64,000 nucleotides of DNA from Eledone cirrhosa (taxonomy: Eukaryota), in assembly GCA_964016885.1 (NCBI GenBank), contig OZ024743.1, positions 182,466,001-182,530,000 of the forward strand, written 5' to 3'. A program made the position numbers and the translations under genes. Below, in pieces: positions 13,170-26,321 of the stretch. Position 1 is the first letter of the stretch. Each line of letters starts with the position of its first letter. The notes beneath the pieces are model-generated. The model was not told the DNA's origin, searched no databases, and saw nothing but the letters and a program-made list of their open reading frames with translations.

Positions 13170-13203
13170 TTCCTGAAGAAGAACTTATGTCCGATACGTT
13201 GAA
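13170..13203 (+). ncRNA. Degenerate minimal hammerhead-ribozyme-like motif (Penelope-type)
   Basis: TTC-CTGAAGA-A-GAAC-ttat-GTCC-GATA-CGTT-GAA; one stem II mismatch and GAAA>GATA in the core. Confidence 0.45.
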
Positions 13204-13237
13204 CATTTTATTTCTTCCCAACCCATGCCAGTGTGGA

Positions 13238-13650
13238 AATCATCATCATCATCATCATCTTCGTTTAACGTCCATTTTCCACGCTAGCATGGGTTAGACG
13301 GGAGTTGTCCCACTTGAGGCAAGGCTGGTCGGGTGACCATGTCTCGCTCATATAGGACTATCTGGCAGGTTTTCTACGGCTGGATGCCCTTCCTAACACC
13401 AACCACATTTACAGTGTGGAACTGGGAACTTTTTACCGTGTTACCTACACGGCCACATTACAGTGTGGACTGTGTGTTTTTTTGTCGTGACACCTACACG
13501 ATCTCGATCTCATTTTCTCGTGCTGTTGGTGGGAGCGAGAGGATAGGTTAGGGGTAGTGGATTGGGGTGTATATTTGGTTAAGAGGTACCTACTGACTAT
13601 AGGTTTCGCTTTGTACATAGGCAAGGCGGGTCTTCTGTATTAGTGGATGG
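13238..13650 (-). mobile_element. RTE 3'-end fragment with (GAT)n tail
   Basis: Colinear with 22856-23275. Confidence 0.85.
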
Positions 13651-14088
13651 AAAATGATGATGATGGTATTGGTGTGGTGGTGATGGTGGTGGTGGTATTG
13701 GCGTTGTGGTGGTGGTAGTGGTGATGGTGGCATTGGTCTTGTGGTCTCCTGTTTAGCAATAACTAAGATGTCTACCTTCACTGTACTAATAAAAGACTAG
13801 GTACAATGAACAACTGAGAGACTATTTTAATAAGATAGTTGCCAGGAATGGTGTTACCTTCTTACAGTTGTAAATATCAGCCTCTTCTACATCTTACATT
13901 CAACATATCCCTGATGCATTCAGTTTATATGCTTAAAAAAAATTCACTGACACACCCTCAGATGTATGCATACACACGCACGCACGCGTGTGTGTGTGTA
14001 TATGTATATATAAGTATTGAAGTTACCGTTGAAAATTGAAAAAGTCTTAGGAGTGAAGAGTGCTCTATGTAAGTACCAGAGCAAAATT

Positions 14089-15073
14089 TAATGTATAATA
14101 AACAATACAATATAATTACCAGAGGTTTCCCGAATAAGACGAATACGAAAAAAACGTCCTCATTCGTTCGTCGGACAAGGTAATATAAAACATAGTGAAA
14201 TATTTGGAAAGTCTCCTCAAGAAATGCAAAAAATATATAAATAAAAGTAATGCAAGAGATATATTAAAAAATATAGAAAAATATACAAAAAATATAAGGA
14301 AATATAGTTAGGTATGTGTATATGTATGTAATATACACTCACAAATGTACATATGTGTGTATGTACAAATGCATGTGTATGGTGAAAATGTGTGCATAAG
14401 TACATATATGAGGGCAAGTATATTTGTGTATATGTGACCACAAATACGGATATAATATGAGTTGATTACTTTCTCTTTCATTTAAAAAAATTTTTTTCAT
14501 TCTCATATACTGTTTCATTTTTATACATATATCGAGAATGACACTTCTTTTCACTATTACACTCCGTTCCCTCTTTATCTTCCGCATATAAGTGACCGCG
14601 CGCGCGTGTGTGTGTTTTTATACGCGTGCTTTCATACTCGTATGTGTATTTAATACCTGTATCTAGATGCGTGTCAACTATATCATCATCTTCTCTTTCA
14701 ACTCATATTATATACGTATTTGTGGTCACATATACACAAATATACTTGCCATCATATGTGTACTTACGCACACATTTTCACCATACACATGCATTTGTAC
14801 ATACACACATATGTACATTTGTGAGTGTATATACATACATATACACATACCTAACTATATTTCCTTATATTTTTTGTATATTTTTCTATATTTTTTAATA
14901 TATCTCTTGCATTACTTTTATTTATATATTTTTTGCATTTCTTGAGGTGACTTTCCAAATATTTCACTGTTTTATATTACCTTGTCCGACGAACGAATGA
15001 GGACGTTTTTTTCGTATTCGTTTTATTCGGGAAACCTGGTAATGAGGTAATTATATTGTATTGTTTATTATAC

Positions 15074-15077
<4 letters not shown>
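14089..15077. mobile_element. Foldback/MITE-like element: ~375-bp inverted arms and ~230-bp spacer
   Basis: 14089-14465 is the near-perfect reverse complement of 14698-15077. The ORF track gives near-identical peptides on opposite strands (14217..14441 - and 14608..14945 +). Confidence 0.95.
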
Positions 15078-15160
<83 letters not shown>

Positions 15161-15429
15161 CTATCTATATATGTGTGTGTGTGTGTGTATATATTTTTCC
15201 ATATAAAACAAGTAACATTCAGAGACCAACCAGATGTGAGAAAAACCACATCTCAACTCTACTTTTGAAAAGCAGAAGAACTGCGAAACCGGTAAAGGAA
15301 CCAAATAAATATATATATATTTTTTTAAAATAAGACTCCAGTTGCACTTTCGATTTCATCTTTTTTTTTTTATACTTTCACTCGTGTAGGACACCTCAGT
15401 TATTTTTCATTTTGTAAAAAAAATCTCAC

Positions 15430-15469
<40 letters not shown>

Positions 15470-15604
15470 CTATCTATATATATGAGTGTGTGTGTGTGTA
15501 TATATATATATATGTATGTAAAAGGTAAACAGAAATAACAACACAATCGGTACAGTATATGGAAGGTGTATATAAGGTTAACGCTTGATATAGCAGGAAG
15601 AGGG

Positions 15605-15640
15605 TCTTAACATTTCGGACGCTAGTCCTTCATCAGAAGA
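15605..15640 (-). ncRNA. Minimal hammerhead-ribozyme-like motif (Penelope/retrozyme type)
   Basis: Minus strand reads TCTT-CTGATGA-A-GGAC-tagc-GTCC-GAAA-TGTT-AAGA: core boxes, a 4-bp stem II and a 4-bp stem I. Confidence 0.65.
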
Positions 15641-16214
15641 AAGAATGAGAAATAAAATAGATTGAAGGGACGGGCGGGTTGGAATTGGAAAAAATGTCTT
15701 TAGATAAAAATAACAGGTCCATCCATGTTGATATCTCTTGCAAAACTCTTGGTGCTGGCGTTTTGTGTATGATTTATTTTTTAGAAAAGTGGATGATTGA
15801 GCGCGTCTACCTAAAATAGAAAAACGTTTTGTAAAAAGAGCTATACTTGTGCACGTGTGTAAGCATGTGTTTGTGTGTTTGCAATTATGAAAACAGTCTC
15901 TTTAAAGCCATGTCAGTCGAATGACCTCACCATTCTTGCTCTTGTGTTGGTATGTAAACAGAACTGCTGACACTAATGTTTCTGGGTGATTACCCTTCAT
16001 CAGTACAGTATACTGTTTACCTGCCAACTGTCAGAACTAGTGAAAATATATTACTATTTGTTTTATATATATATATAATTTATAATAAAACGTTTTCGAA
16101 TAGAAAAACTGATAAAAGTAGATGAAGTTATTACAGCTCCAAATATGAGATTTATTACAGTAAACTACTCAGAAGGCTACATACCATTCTACTTGTATGA
16201 ACTCCTTATTTCAG

Positions 16215-17365
16215 ATGTTTAAGTACATTCATTTTTTATTCATTCTGCCATAGACTCAGCTATGAGAACTAGATCATCAGCATACAGGACCTCCCATGGG
16301 CAACTAGTCTTAAACTCCTCTATTATGGCCTGGAGAACAATAATAAACAAGAGGGGGATTGAGGACAGATCCTTGATGGACCCTCACCTGCACATTAAAT
16401 TCATTATTATATTCATTGATAACTTTAATCTTACTGACTGCACCTCTCTACATGGCTGCTGCCATTCTTACAACCATTCCTTTATCCCTCACCAGATTAT
16501 GGAGCAGGTCAACAAATGCTAAGTATAAGGGATTACTCTTAGCTAAGTACTTCTGTAGCTGCCTCACAGGGAAGAGGGCATCTGTGGTGCCTTTATGAGG
16601 CACAAAACCAAACAGCATCTTTTTTGTTATTTCTATCCTTAATTGGTTGTGCAATAACTCTTTCTGTAACTTTCATGATCTGGTCTATCAACTTGATGCC
16701 TCTGTAGTTTCCTTTATCTAATGTATCTCCTTACCCAATCCAAGGAAAGCTCTATAAAAGTAGTTGATAGCTTCTGTGACCTAGTTGACTTAGCAGTGGA
16801 AGAGGTTGTTCTGGCAGCAAAGTAGCTAGAATAAGAACAACGGAAACATTTCAGGAAGATACTATTTATGTTGACAATAAAAGGTTTCCCTTTATTATTG
16901 AAAGGTTGGCTGTATGATCCTGTATACAATGTGTGATGGTAGTGAAACATGGGTAGTGAAGGCAGAGGATATATAAAGGCTGGAGAGATATGAAGCAAGC
17001 ATGCTTTGATGGATGTGTGATGTTAATGTGTATGAATGATGAAATATGGATGAACTGAGGGAAAAACTGGATATAAAAGGAATCAAATGGGGTGTGCAGG
17101 AGAGGAGACTTCACTGGTGTGAACATGTGATGTATATGGATGATGAATATTAATGATGAATTTTGAGTGAAGAAGTCCCACTGGAAGGAAGTTACAGCAA
17201 AAGAAAACCAAGTAAAACATGGACAGAAGTGGTGAGAGCAGATCCCAAATCACTGACACTTAAAGAGGAGAAATGATGAAAGAATACAACAAGTGGAGAG
17301 ATGCTGGGCTGGAAAAGATGTATCAAACTCATGCAAGCATGGAAAAATTGATGTAAAATGATGAT
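16215..17365. mobile_element. Old RTE LINE with inverted 5' part (16215-16735 minus, 16735-17365 plus, (GAT)n tail)
   Basis: Minus part has NYRGIKL, YLAFVDL and LYADDL-like motifs. Plus part has VVDSF, SETW and catgcaagcatggaaaa..tgatgat 3' end. Confidence 0.82.
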
Positions 17366-17714
17366 ATATATATATATATATATTGCAGAAGAGTGTTGTT
17401 TATCTTAGTTGTTATGTTGTAACTTCCTGAGGATAAGCAGGTCCAAGCAATCCAAAGCACTTCATGTCAGGATATGCTGACCCACTTCACTACTGGATAG
17501 ACGTGTGCATAACTGCACCTATGATAAGCATCTGACAAAGTCACATAAATAACCATTTAACAGAAATATATATTATGCAATAAACAATTATGGTGATTTA
17601 ATCCCATCTTAGCTACCATTATTTGATAACACCCCCACCCCCCACCCACACACACACACAGATATAATATACTTAAAGGCATGCTTATAGATACATTCTT
17701 TTTTTCTTTTTCAG

Positions 17715-17758
17715 TATGTAAGCCCCAAGTAGCTCAGGGTGAAATCTTGTCACATGAG
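17715..17758 (+). CDS. ITPK1: ITPK1-like coding exon C (VCKPQVAQGEILSHE)
   Basis: tttttctttttcag acceptor; gtaagg donor; 44 nt, phase 1/0; conserved CK..vA.G...SHE motif. Confidence 0.93.
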
Positions 17759-17837
17759 GTAAGGGTATCAATCAACGTATTTCAACTCTACGTATATTGT
17801 TCTCTTTACTTCTTGCTGTTAAATCTATTGAACTGCT

Positions 17838-17943
17838 GGTTTATCTTTATAATATCTACCAATATAAACTAGGTTTATCTTTATAATATCTACCAATATA
17901 AATCAGGTTTATCTTTATACAATCTACCAATATAAACCAGGTT
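17838..17943. repeat. 34-bp minisatellite, 3 copies
   Basis: ggtttatctttataatatctaccaatataaacYa starts at 17838, 17872 and 17906. Confidence 0.9.
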
Positions 17944-18163
17944 CAACTTCATTATACATTTGTCTATCTTTAACAACTGTTTTTCCTTGATGTCCCACAA
18001 GGTAGCTTGAGGATAAATATTCTATTTTTTCTTATTGTTGTATATTTGAGGTCCATTCTTCCCCCATTTGTTGAGTCAGTGATTTAATATTTCACTCAGA
18101 TGAGCTAAGATTTCACTGCCTTTGTTCATGTGTATTTATCTATTATATATATATATATATACT

Positions 18164-19459
<1,296 letters not shown>

Positions 19460-19744
19460 ATATTACAAAAAAGTCAAGGTTACCAACTTAAATTCATTCC
19501 TTTATATCTACAAGTTTCAATACGGTCATAACAGGACATGTATTTGCAGAACAACTCACCTTAACAAATATAATAGTGAAGTACTACACTATAATTCTAT
19601 ATTTTATTATATTATATATATATATACATATACAAGGGCAGTGCCCCAGCTTGGCCTCAGCCGGATTGCTGGAACAGGTAAAAGAGTAATATAATGATGA
19701 TTATTATTATATACATTATGTGAAGACTATTATATCTTTTGTAG

Positions 19745-19904
19745 ATGGCAATCATTTTTAATGAAGAGGGTTTGAAAGATGTGCGGCCACCGTGTGTAGC
19801 TCAAAGCTTCATCAGTCATAATGCTGTACTGTACAAAGTGTTTGTTGTTGGTGGTGAACAATTTATCTGTGAGCGACCATCTCTGAAAAACTTGACTGCT
19901 GGTG
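19745..19904 (+). CDS. ITPK1: ITPK1-like coding exon D (MAIIFNEEGLKDVRPPCVAQSFISHNAVLYKVFVVGGEQFICERPSLKNLTAG)
   Basis: cttttgtag acceptor; gtaagt donor at 19905; 160 nt, phase 0/1; hallmark PPCV.Q.FI.HNAVLYKVFVVG and RPSLKN motifs. Confidence 0.97.
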
Positions 19905-20770
19905 GTAAGTTTCTTTCTTGACATGTTTTACTGTGTGTTACGTAGTAGCTATAATGTTAATATAATAATAATTCTTGTCCCTATCATTATTGATGATGGG
20001 ACTTTCATTATGATGTCATCTTTGGTACTTTTGCACTCGCTGGGCAAGTTGTGCTTCTGAGAGAGTACAGCCATTTTTTGTCTGCTTCCTCCAGGCACTG
20101 CGATCTGTTGTCTGCCATGTTGAGAGGTTGAAGCCGATGGTGTTCAGATCCTCTTTAATGTAATCCTTCCAGCTCTTCTGTGATTCACCTCTTTTGCCAC
20201 TTATTAATTCACCAAAATATATTTTTGCAGCTAGTTAGTGGTAGATTATGTGGATAGTGAAATTGTTAAGATATCAAAGAACGAGTCAAATGGTTAGTGG
20301 TTTATCTTGTGGCATTGTCTTAGATCTCTGGTCAAGAGACTTAACTTTCAGAACAGTGGCAAGATTTAACAAATGAGGAAGGGGAACCCAATCATTTTTA
20401 GTTAAAGACTTTTAATTTCACATCCATCCCACTCCTTCTGTTAATACAAGGTAGCTAAAGTATGTTGTGGGTAGCTGGGTAAAGTTGTTTAAAATGTTAT
20501 ATTCATTTTGTCTGGTATATTTATTTTGTGGGCTGATCTGAATAATTTTGATTAATCACTCACTTAGCTTTTAGACTTTTTCATCAAAGCTACTTGACAA
20601 CAACATTTATACAGTAAAACAGTCTGACATCTGGTGGCCAGATTATGTAACATTCTTATTTTAAGTGCATTAACTGTATAAATGTTCTAAAATGTCTCTA
20701 AGAAACACCTGAAACCATTTAAAAGACTTGTTTTAGTGAGAACTTATTGTTGGACTATGACCCGATATGG

Positions 20771-20817
<47 letters not shown>

Positions 20818-20879
20818 AGCAAGTGAATAAATGAAGGAGTTACTAGCCATTATAGCAAGTTCTTTATATAATTCTTACG

Positions 20880-21062
20880 GATTGGCAGTATTGGAGAAGG
20901 TCGGACGCCATGCTTTGTAGCATAGAGTTACAGCCCTTTGCAGTCTGAATTCAAATCCCGCTGAGGTCAACTTTGCCTTTCATCCTTACGGAGCTGATAG
21001 AATAAAGTACCAGTAATGCACTGGGTAATTGCTGGCTTTGTACCAAATGTAGAAACAATTAT
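20880..21062 (+). mobile_element. tRNA-derived SINE copy
   Basis: ttggcagtattgg A-box, gaattcaaatccc B-box, ggtcaactttgcctttcatcc core. Confidence 0.8.
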
Positions 21063-21095
21063 ATATATATATATATGTATGTGTATATATATATA

Positions 21096-21968
21096 CAGGG
21101 TGCGGACGATATTTGTTCGCAAGATTACTGTCTAGGAAAAAATAACACAGTAGTTTTATTTTTTTAAATATATTTATCAAACTTGGGTCAATTTGTCTTC
21201 ATGACTTGTTCTTTCAATCTCACTCGATAAACCTGCCATTGACTTTGATGACAGCCTCAAGGCGACCTCGGAATTGGCTACAGGCCTTCGTCACTGTCCC
21301 CCAACTTATGATCCTGGCCTTCAGATCGTCTTTCGTATTGCAGCTAGATCTGTTGGTGACTCGTTCCACTGTGCTCCACACAAAGAAGTCGAGGGGGTTG
21401 CAGTCAGGCAAGCTGGGAGGCCAGATGTCAGGTGATGTGTGGTCGACGAAGTTCTCTGACAGCCAGGCTTGGGTCTTTCGGCTGGTATGGCAGGGCGCTG
21501 AGTTTTGCTGCCACACGTACGGCCTACCTGCAACTACCTGGTCGATCCAGGGCTTTACTACCTCGCTCAGAACGCGGATGTAGTCATCGGTGTTCAGCTT
21601 GAGGCCCTCAGGGAAGAAGTGAGGTGGCATGACGTGACCTTTACTGCTGACGACACCTAAGACCAATGTTGTTACTGGAAACTTTGTCTGCATGACTCTG
21701 GGCACATCTTTGGATGAGACACCATTCTCCTGCTGACGCTGAGAAAGTCTGAAATTTCCTTATTTGTCCTCCCGGTGCGGATTCCAAGAAGAACTCCATG
21801 TCTCTTCCACAAATTTGGAGGTTCAAAATTATTCATAATCAATTATTCTGAAAATAAATAATGGAAATATAGTCACTGTTTTTAGGAAGACAAGAGTGAC
21901 AACGGAAGAAAAAAAATGTGCATAAAATTAGCTGTTGAAAATTGCGAACAGATGTCGTCCGCACCCTG
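21096..21968 (-). mobile_element. Tc1/mariner DD37D (maT-type) transposon, internally deleted
   Basis: TIR cagggtgcggacgatatttgttcgcaa / ttgcgaacagatgtcgtccgcaccctg with TA on the left. Transposase C-terminus WQQ(D/N)SAPCH...WPPS.PDCNPLD has 37 residues between the 2nd and 3rd catalytic positions. Confidence 0.92.
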
Positions 21969-22855
21969 TGCGTATATATATATATATATATAATCATTAT
22001 CACTTATATATATGTATATATATATATATATCAGATTTATAATATTACTATTTTTATCTTGCTATTGAAATGTTATGTTTCCAAGTGAAAACTGATATAT
22101 ATACAAACTGTCAGCTCTACTTTACCTTTCTACCCTAAACATTCAGTTAATCAACTGAAGTATTTTCCAATATATTCCATAAATTAGTTTATTTACACCA
22201 GTTTCACAGTAATTCTGGTTAATTGTAGTAACTTATTTAAACATCAGATTTCTTTACGCTAGCTACACAGTAATTCTGGTAAATTGTAGAAACTTATTTA
22301 AACACCATATTTGGATTTGGCAATTTTATTGCCAAGATAGACATGTTTGGTTATAATTTGGAGCGAAAATAGTAAACCTAAACCTATATTTAGTAATTAG
22401 TGTCAATAATTAACTTATATTTAGTAATTCCACTGTATTAGTGTCAATAATTAACCTAAACCTATATTTAGTAATTACACTTTATTAGTTTCAATAATTA
22501 ACCTAAACCTATATTTAGTAAATACACTTTATTAGTGTCATGTGTATAACTGTTTTAATATGAAACTGGCCAAAATCTGTTCTGGTTCTATGAAACAAAA
22601 TCTCCCATTCCTAAAGGTTCTTATTTACATTTAAATTTTTCAACATAATTTATATAAGAACCATATAATTAAGTTACTATATTAATAATTAAATAATTAT
22701 TTTAGTAAATTCCTCAATATTCTTTAATTAATTAAAATGGTGTGTACTTCATTATACTGTCACACAAAGGTTAACAGAATATTAAGACTCCTCTTCTGTT
22801 CCAGTATATTAATGAAATGGGGTACAAAAAAGTACCTGTTGTTTTCCTGTTGGTG

Positions 22856-25402
22856 TCATCATCATCATCATCATCATCATCGTTTAACGTCCATGTTCCA
22901 CGCTTGCATGGGTTTGGACGGGAGTTTTCCCACTTGAGGCAAGAGTGGTTGTCTTGCTCGCATAGGACTGTCTGGCGGGTTTTCTACAGTTGGATGCCCT
23001 TCCTAACACCAACCACATTTACAGTGTGGGGCTGGGAGGTTTTTACCGTGTTACCTACACGGCCACATTACAGCGTGGACTGTGTTTTTTTTGTCATGAC
23101 ACCTACACGATCTCATATGTTTCGGCCTGGATGTTGTGGCACCAACATAACTTTACATTGAAAGGGGCCGTGTGGATGGGGTGGGGGTGGTGGGACGGGG
23201 GTGTATTTTGTTAGAGATACCTACTGACTGTAGTAAGTTTTACTTTGTATTTAGGTAAGGCGGGTCTTCTCTATTACTGAGTACCGCCAAAGGTCTCGGT
23301 CCAGTGACATTGTCTTGGAGAGGTGTAAGTGTGTGAGGTCGGAATTTATCAGCTCGTCCCAGGTTTTTCTGGGTCTGCCTACTCCGTGGCTACCGTCTAT
23401 CTTTATTGCCCTGCACTTTGCTATACAGCTGTCGTCTTTCATGCGCATCACGTGGCCATACCAACATAGCCTTCTCTCGAGTAAACAACATCTGATCCCT
23501 CTTATTTCTAATTTTTTCCTTAGTTCGTTTATGCTTTGCCGTTCACGTATATTACTGTTACACATCCAGCGGAGCATGCAAGCTTCGTTCCTCTCTAGTC
23601 TGCGTATATCCTCTGCACACAATGCCCAGGTCTCACTGCCATGCAACATTGCTGTTCGTATGCAGACATCATACAACCTGCCTTTTATTTTTAGGGAGAA
23701 CCCTTTAGCGGCTAATAGTGGTATAAGCTCTCTGAACTTTTTCCATCCAGTTCTGACTCTAGCTACTGTACTTTCAGAGCACCCTCCCCCACTGCTGATT
23801 TTGTCACCCAGGTAACGGAAGCTGTCCACTATTTCTATAGAACCCTCTGCGCAATTGAAAGAGCTAGTATTTTGTGGGCACTTGCTGCTACTTATTGCAC
23901 CAGAGCACCGGCCACATGTAAAATCTGTGTTCTTAGTTAGCTTACCTGTGATCCCACTACATCTTTTATGCACCCATACTTTGCATTTGGGACATAAAAT
24001 GGAGTTTCTACCTACGCCTTTCCTACACACTGAGCATGGCCATTTCCCGGAAGGGACCGGCGCCTTATTTTCTTTCCTACAAACTAGAACTTTAGTCTTA
24101 GCCAGGTTAATTTTAAGGCCTTTTGATTCTAGGCCGTGCTTCTATGTTTGGAATTTCTTCTCTAGCTCGGCCATTGATTCAGCTATGAGCGTTAGATCAT
24201 CTGCGTATAGGAGTTCCCATGGGCAGCCGGTCTTGAACTCCTCTGTTATAGCCTGAAGGGCAATAATAAATAGTAGGGGGCTAAGAACAGAGCCCTGATG
24301 GACACCAACTTTTACGCTAAACTCTTCACTATATTCGTTGTTAATTCTAACCTTGCTGACTGTTTCTTTATACATGGCTTGTATAGCTCTCACAAGCCAT
24401 TCGTCAACACCTAGTTTTCTAAGAGCCCACCAGATAATGGAACGGGGGATTCTGTCGAAGGCTTTCTCCAAGTCGACAAAGGCTAAGTATAGGGGTTTAC
24501 TTTTAGCTAGGTACTTCTCCTGTAGTTGTCGTACAATGAAAAGAGCGTCTGTGGTACTTTTGCCTGACACAAACCCGAACTGCATTTCATCTAGATCGAT
24601 TCTCTCTCTGATTAGTTGCACTATTACTTTTTCCGTGACCTTCATGACCTGGTCGATTAATTTAATGCCTCTATAGTTACTCCTATCTAGGGCGTCTCCT
24701 TTACCCTTGTAACAGTTAATGATGATGCTGCTACGCCAGTCCTTCGGAACAACCCCATTCTGTATGACTTGGTTTACTATCCGGGTTACCATGGTGTGTC
24801 CCACCGTTACAGAGGCCTTCAGCATCTCAGCAACTATTTCCGAAGGCCCAGCTGCCTTACCCGTCTTCATATCTTTGATTGCCTTACTTATTATACTACC
24901 TTCAACTAACACTGCTGGTCCCTCTATTGGATTGATCTGAGGGAGACTATCCTTCTCCCATTTATTCTCCTCATTTAGTAGCCTCTCGTAGTGACACTTC
25001 CAAGCTCCCTTCTTATCAGCGTCAGTGATGGCGAGTACGCTATCATCATTTAGTACACACTTCTCCCCAACAATATCACGGTTTTCCTTGACACATTGCC
25101 TAGCAATCCTGAACACCTCACGTTTTTGGTCCTCGCGTTTTAGAACATGCTTGAACTTTCTTTCCTCTGCTTCCCTTCTTGCGAAGTACACTTGTCTCCT
25201 AGCTTCCCTCCTGGCCACTTGATAGTGTTCTCTACTTCCCCCATCCCGCCATACTTTCCAAGCCTGCTTTTTGGCCTTAATTGACCCCTCCACCTTACTG
25301 TTCCTCCTCCTGCCTATAGGCCTGCTCCGGCCACAGACTTCGTCTGCCGCCATCAGCAGGTTTGCTTTCAGGAATTCCCACTGTTCCTCTATATTGTACT
25401 AT
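22856..25402 (-). mobile_element. Young 5'-truncated RTE LINE (RT, PHD-like finger, C-terminus, 3'UTR, (GAT)n tail)
   Basis: ORFs 24142..25353 and 23251..24030 are in one frame separated by a single TAG. Motifs FVDLEKAFDR, QGSVLSP and YADD are present. Confidence 0.96.
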
Positions 25403-25417
25403 ATTTTTTAATGTCTC

Positions 25418-26287
25418 TTTCTCCCCTCTTCCTCATTCAAGTATAGTTCCCCCTCTTCCTCATTCAAGTATAGTTTCCCCCTCTTTCTCATTCAAGTATA
25501 GTTCTCCCCTCTTTCTCATTCAAGTATAGTTCCTCCTTCTTCCTCATTCAAGTATAGTTCCCCCTCTTTCTCATTCAAGTATAATTCCCCCTCTCTTCCT
25601 CATTCAAGTATAGTTCCCCCCCTCTCTTCCTCATTCAAGTATAGTTCCCCCCTCTCTTCCTCATTCAAGTATAGTTCCTCTTCTTCCTCATTCAAGTATA
25701 GTTCTCCCTCTTCCTCATTCAAGTATAGTTCTCCCCGCTTCCTCATTCAAGTATAGTTCTCCCCGCTTTCTCATTCAAGTATAGTTCTCCCCTCTTTCTC
25801 ATTCAAGTATAGTTCCCCCTCTTTCTCATTCAAGTATAGTTCCTCCTTCTTCCTCATTCAAGTATAGTTCCCCCTCTTTCTCATTCAAGTATAATTCCCC
25901 CTCTCTTCCTCATTCAAGTATAGTTCCCCCCTCTCTTCCTCATTCAAGTATAGTTCCTCTTCTTCCTCATTCAAGTATAGTTCTCCTCCCTCTTCCTCAT
26001 TCAAGTATAGTTCTCCCCGCTTCCTCATTCAAGTATAGTTCTCCCCGCTTCCTCATTCAAGTATAGTTCTCCCCGCTTTCTCATTCAAGTATATTTCCCC
26101 TTCTTTCTCATTCAAGTATAGTTCCTCCCTCTTCCTCATTCAAGTATAGTTCCCCCTCTTTCTCATTCAAGTATAGTTCCCCCTCTCTTCCTCATTCAAG
26201 TATAGTTCCCCCCTCTCTTCCTCATTCAAGTATAGTTCCTCCTCTTCCTCATTCAAGTATAGTTCCCCCTCTTCATTCAAATATAGA
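25418..26287. repeat. ~28-bp pyrimidine-rich minisatellite, ~31 copies (ctcttcctcattcaagtatagttcccc)
   Basis: Near-constant core tcattcaagtatagtt with variable C/T spacer length. Confidence 0.97.
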
Positions 26288-26321
26288 TTACTTAATACAA
26301 CAATGTTTTTCTTTATGATAG

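Noticed and set aside
23315-25222. Plus-strand ORFs of 65-166 aa, also 324-1208
   Set aside because: Antisense shadows of the RTE reading frame.
25418-26287. CRISPR-like constant core with variable spacers
   Set aside because: The variable parts are only C/T run-length slippage variants of ~12 nt, and no cas genes are present.
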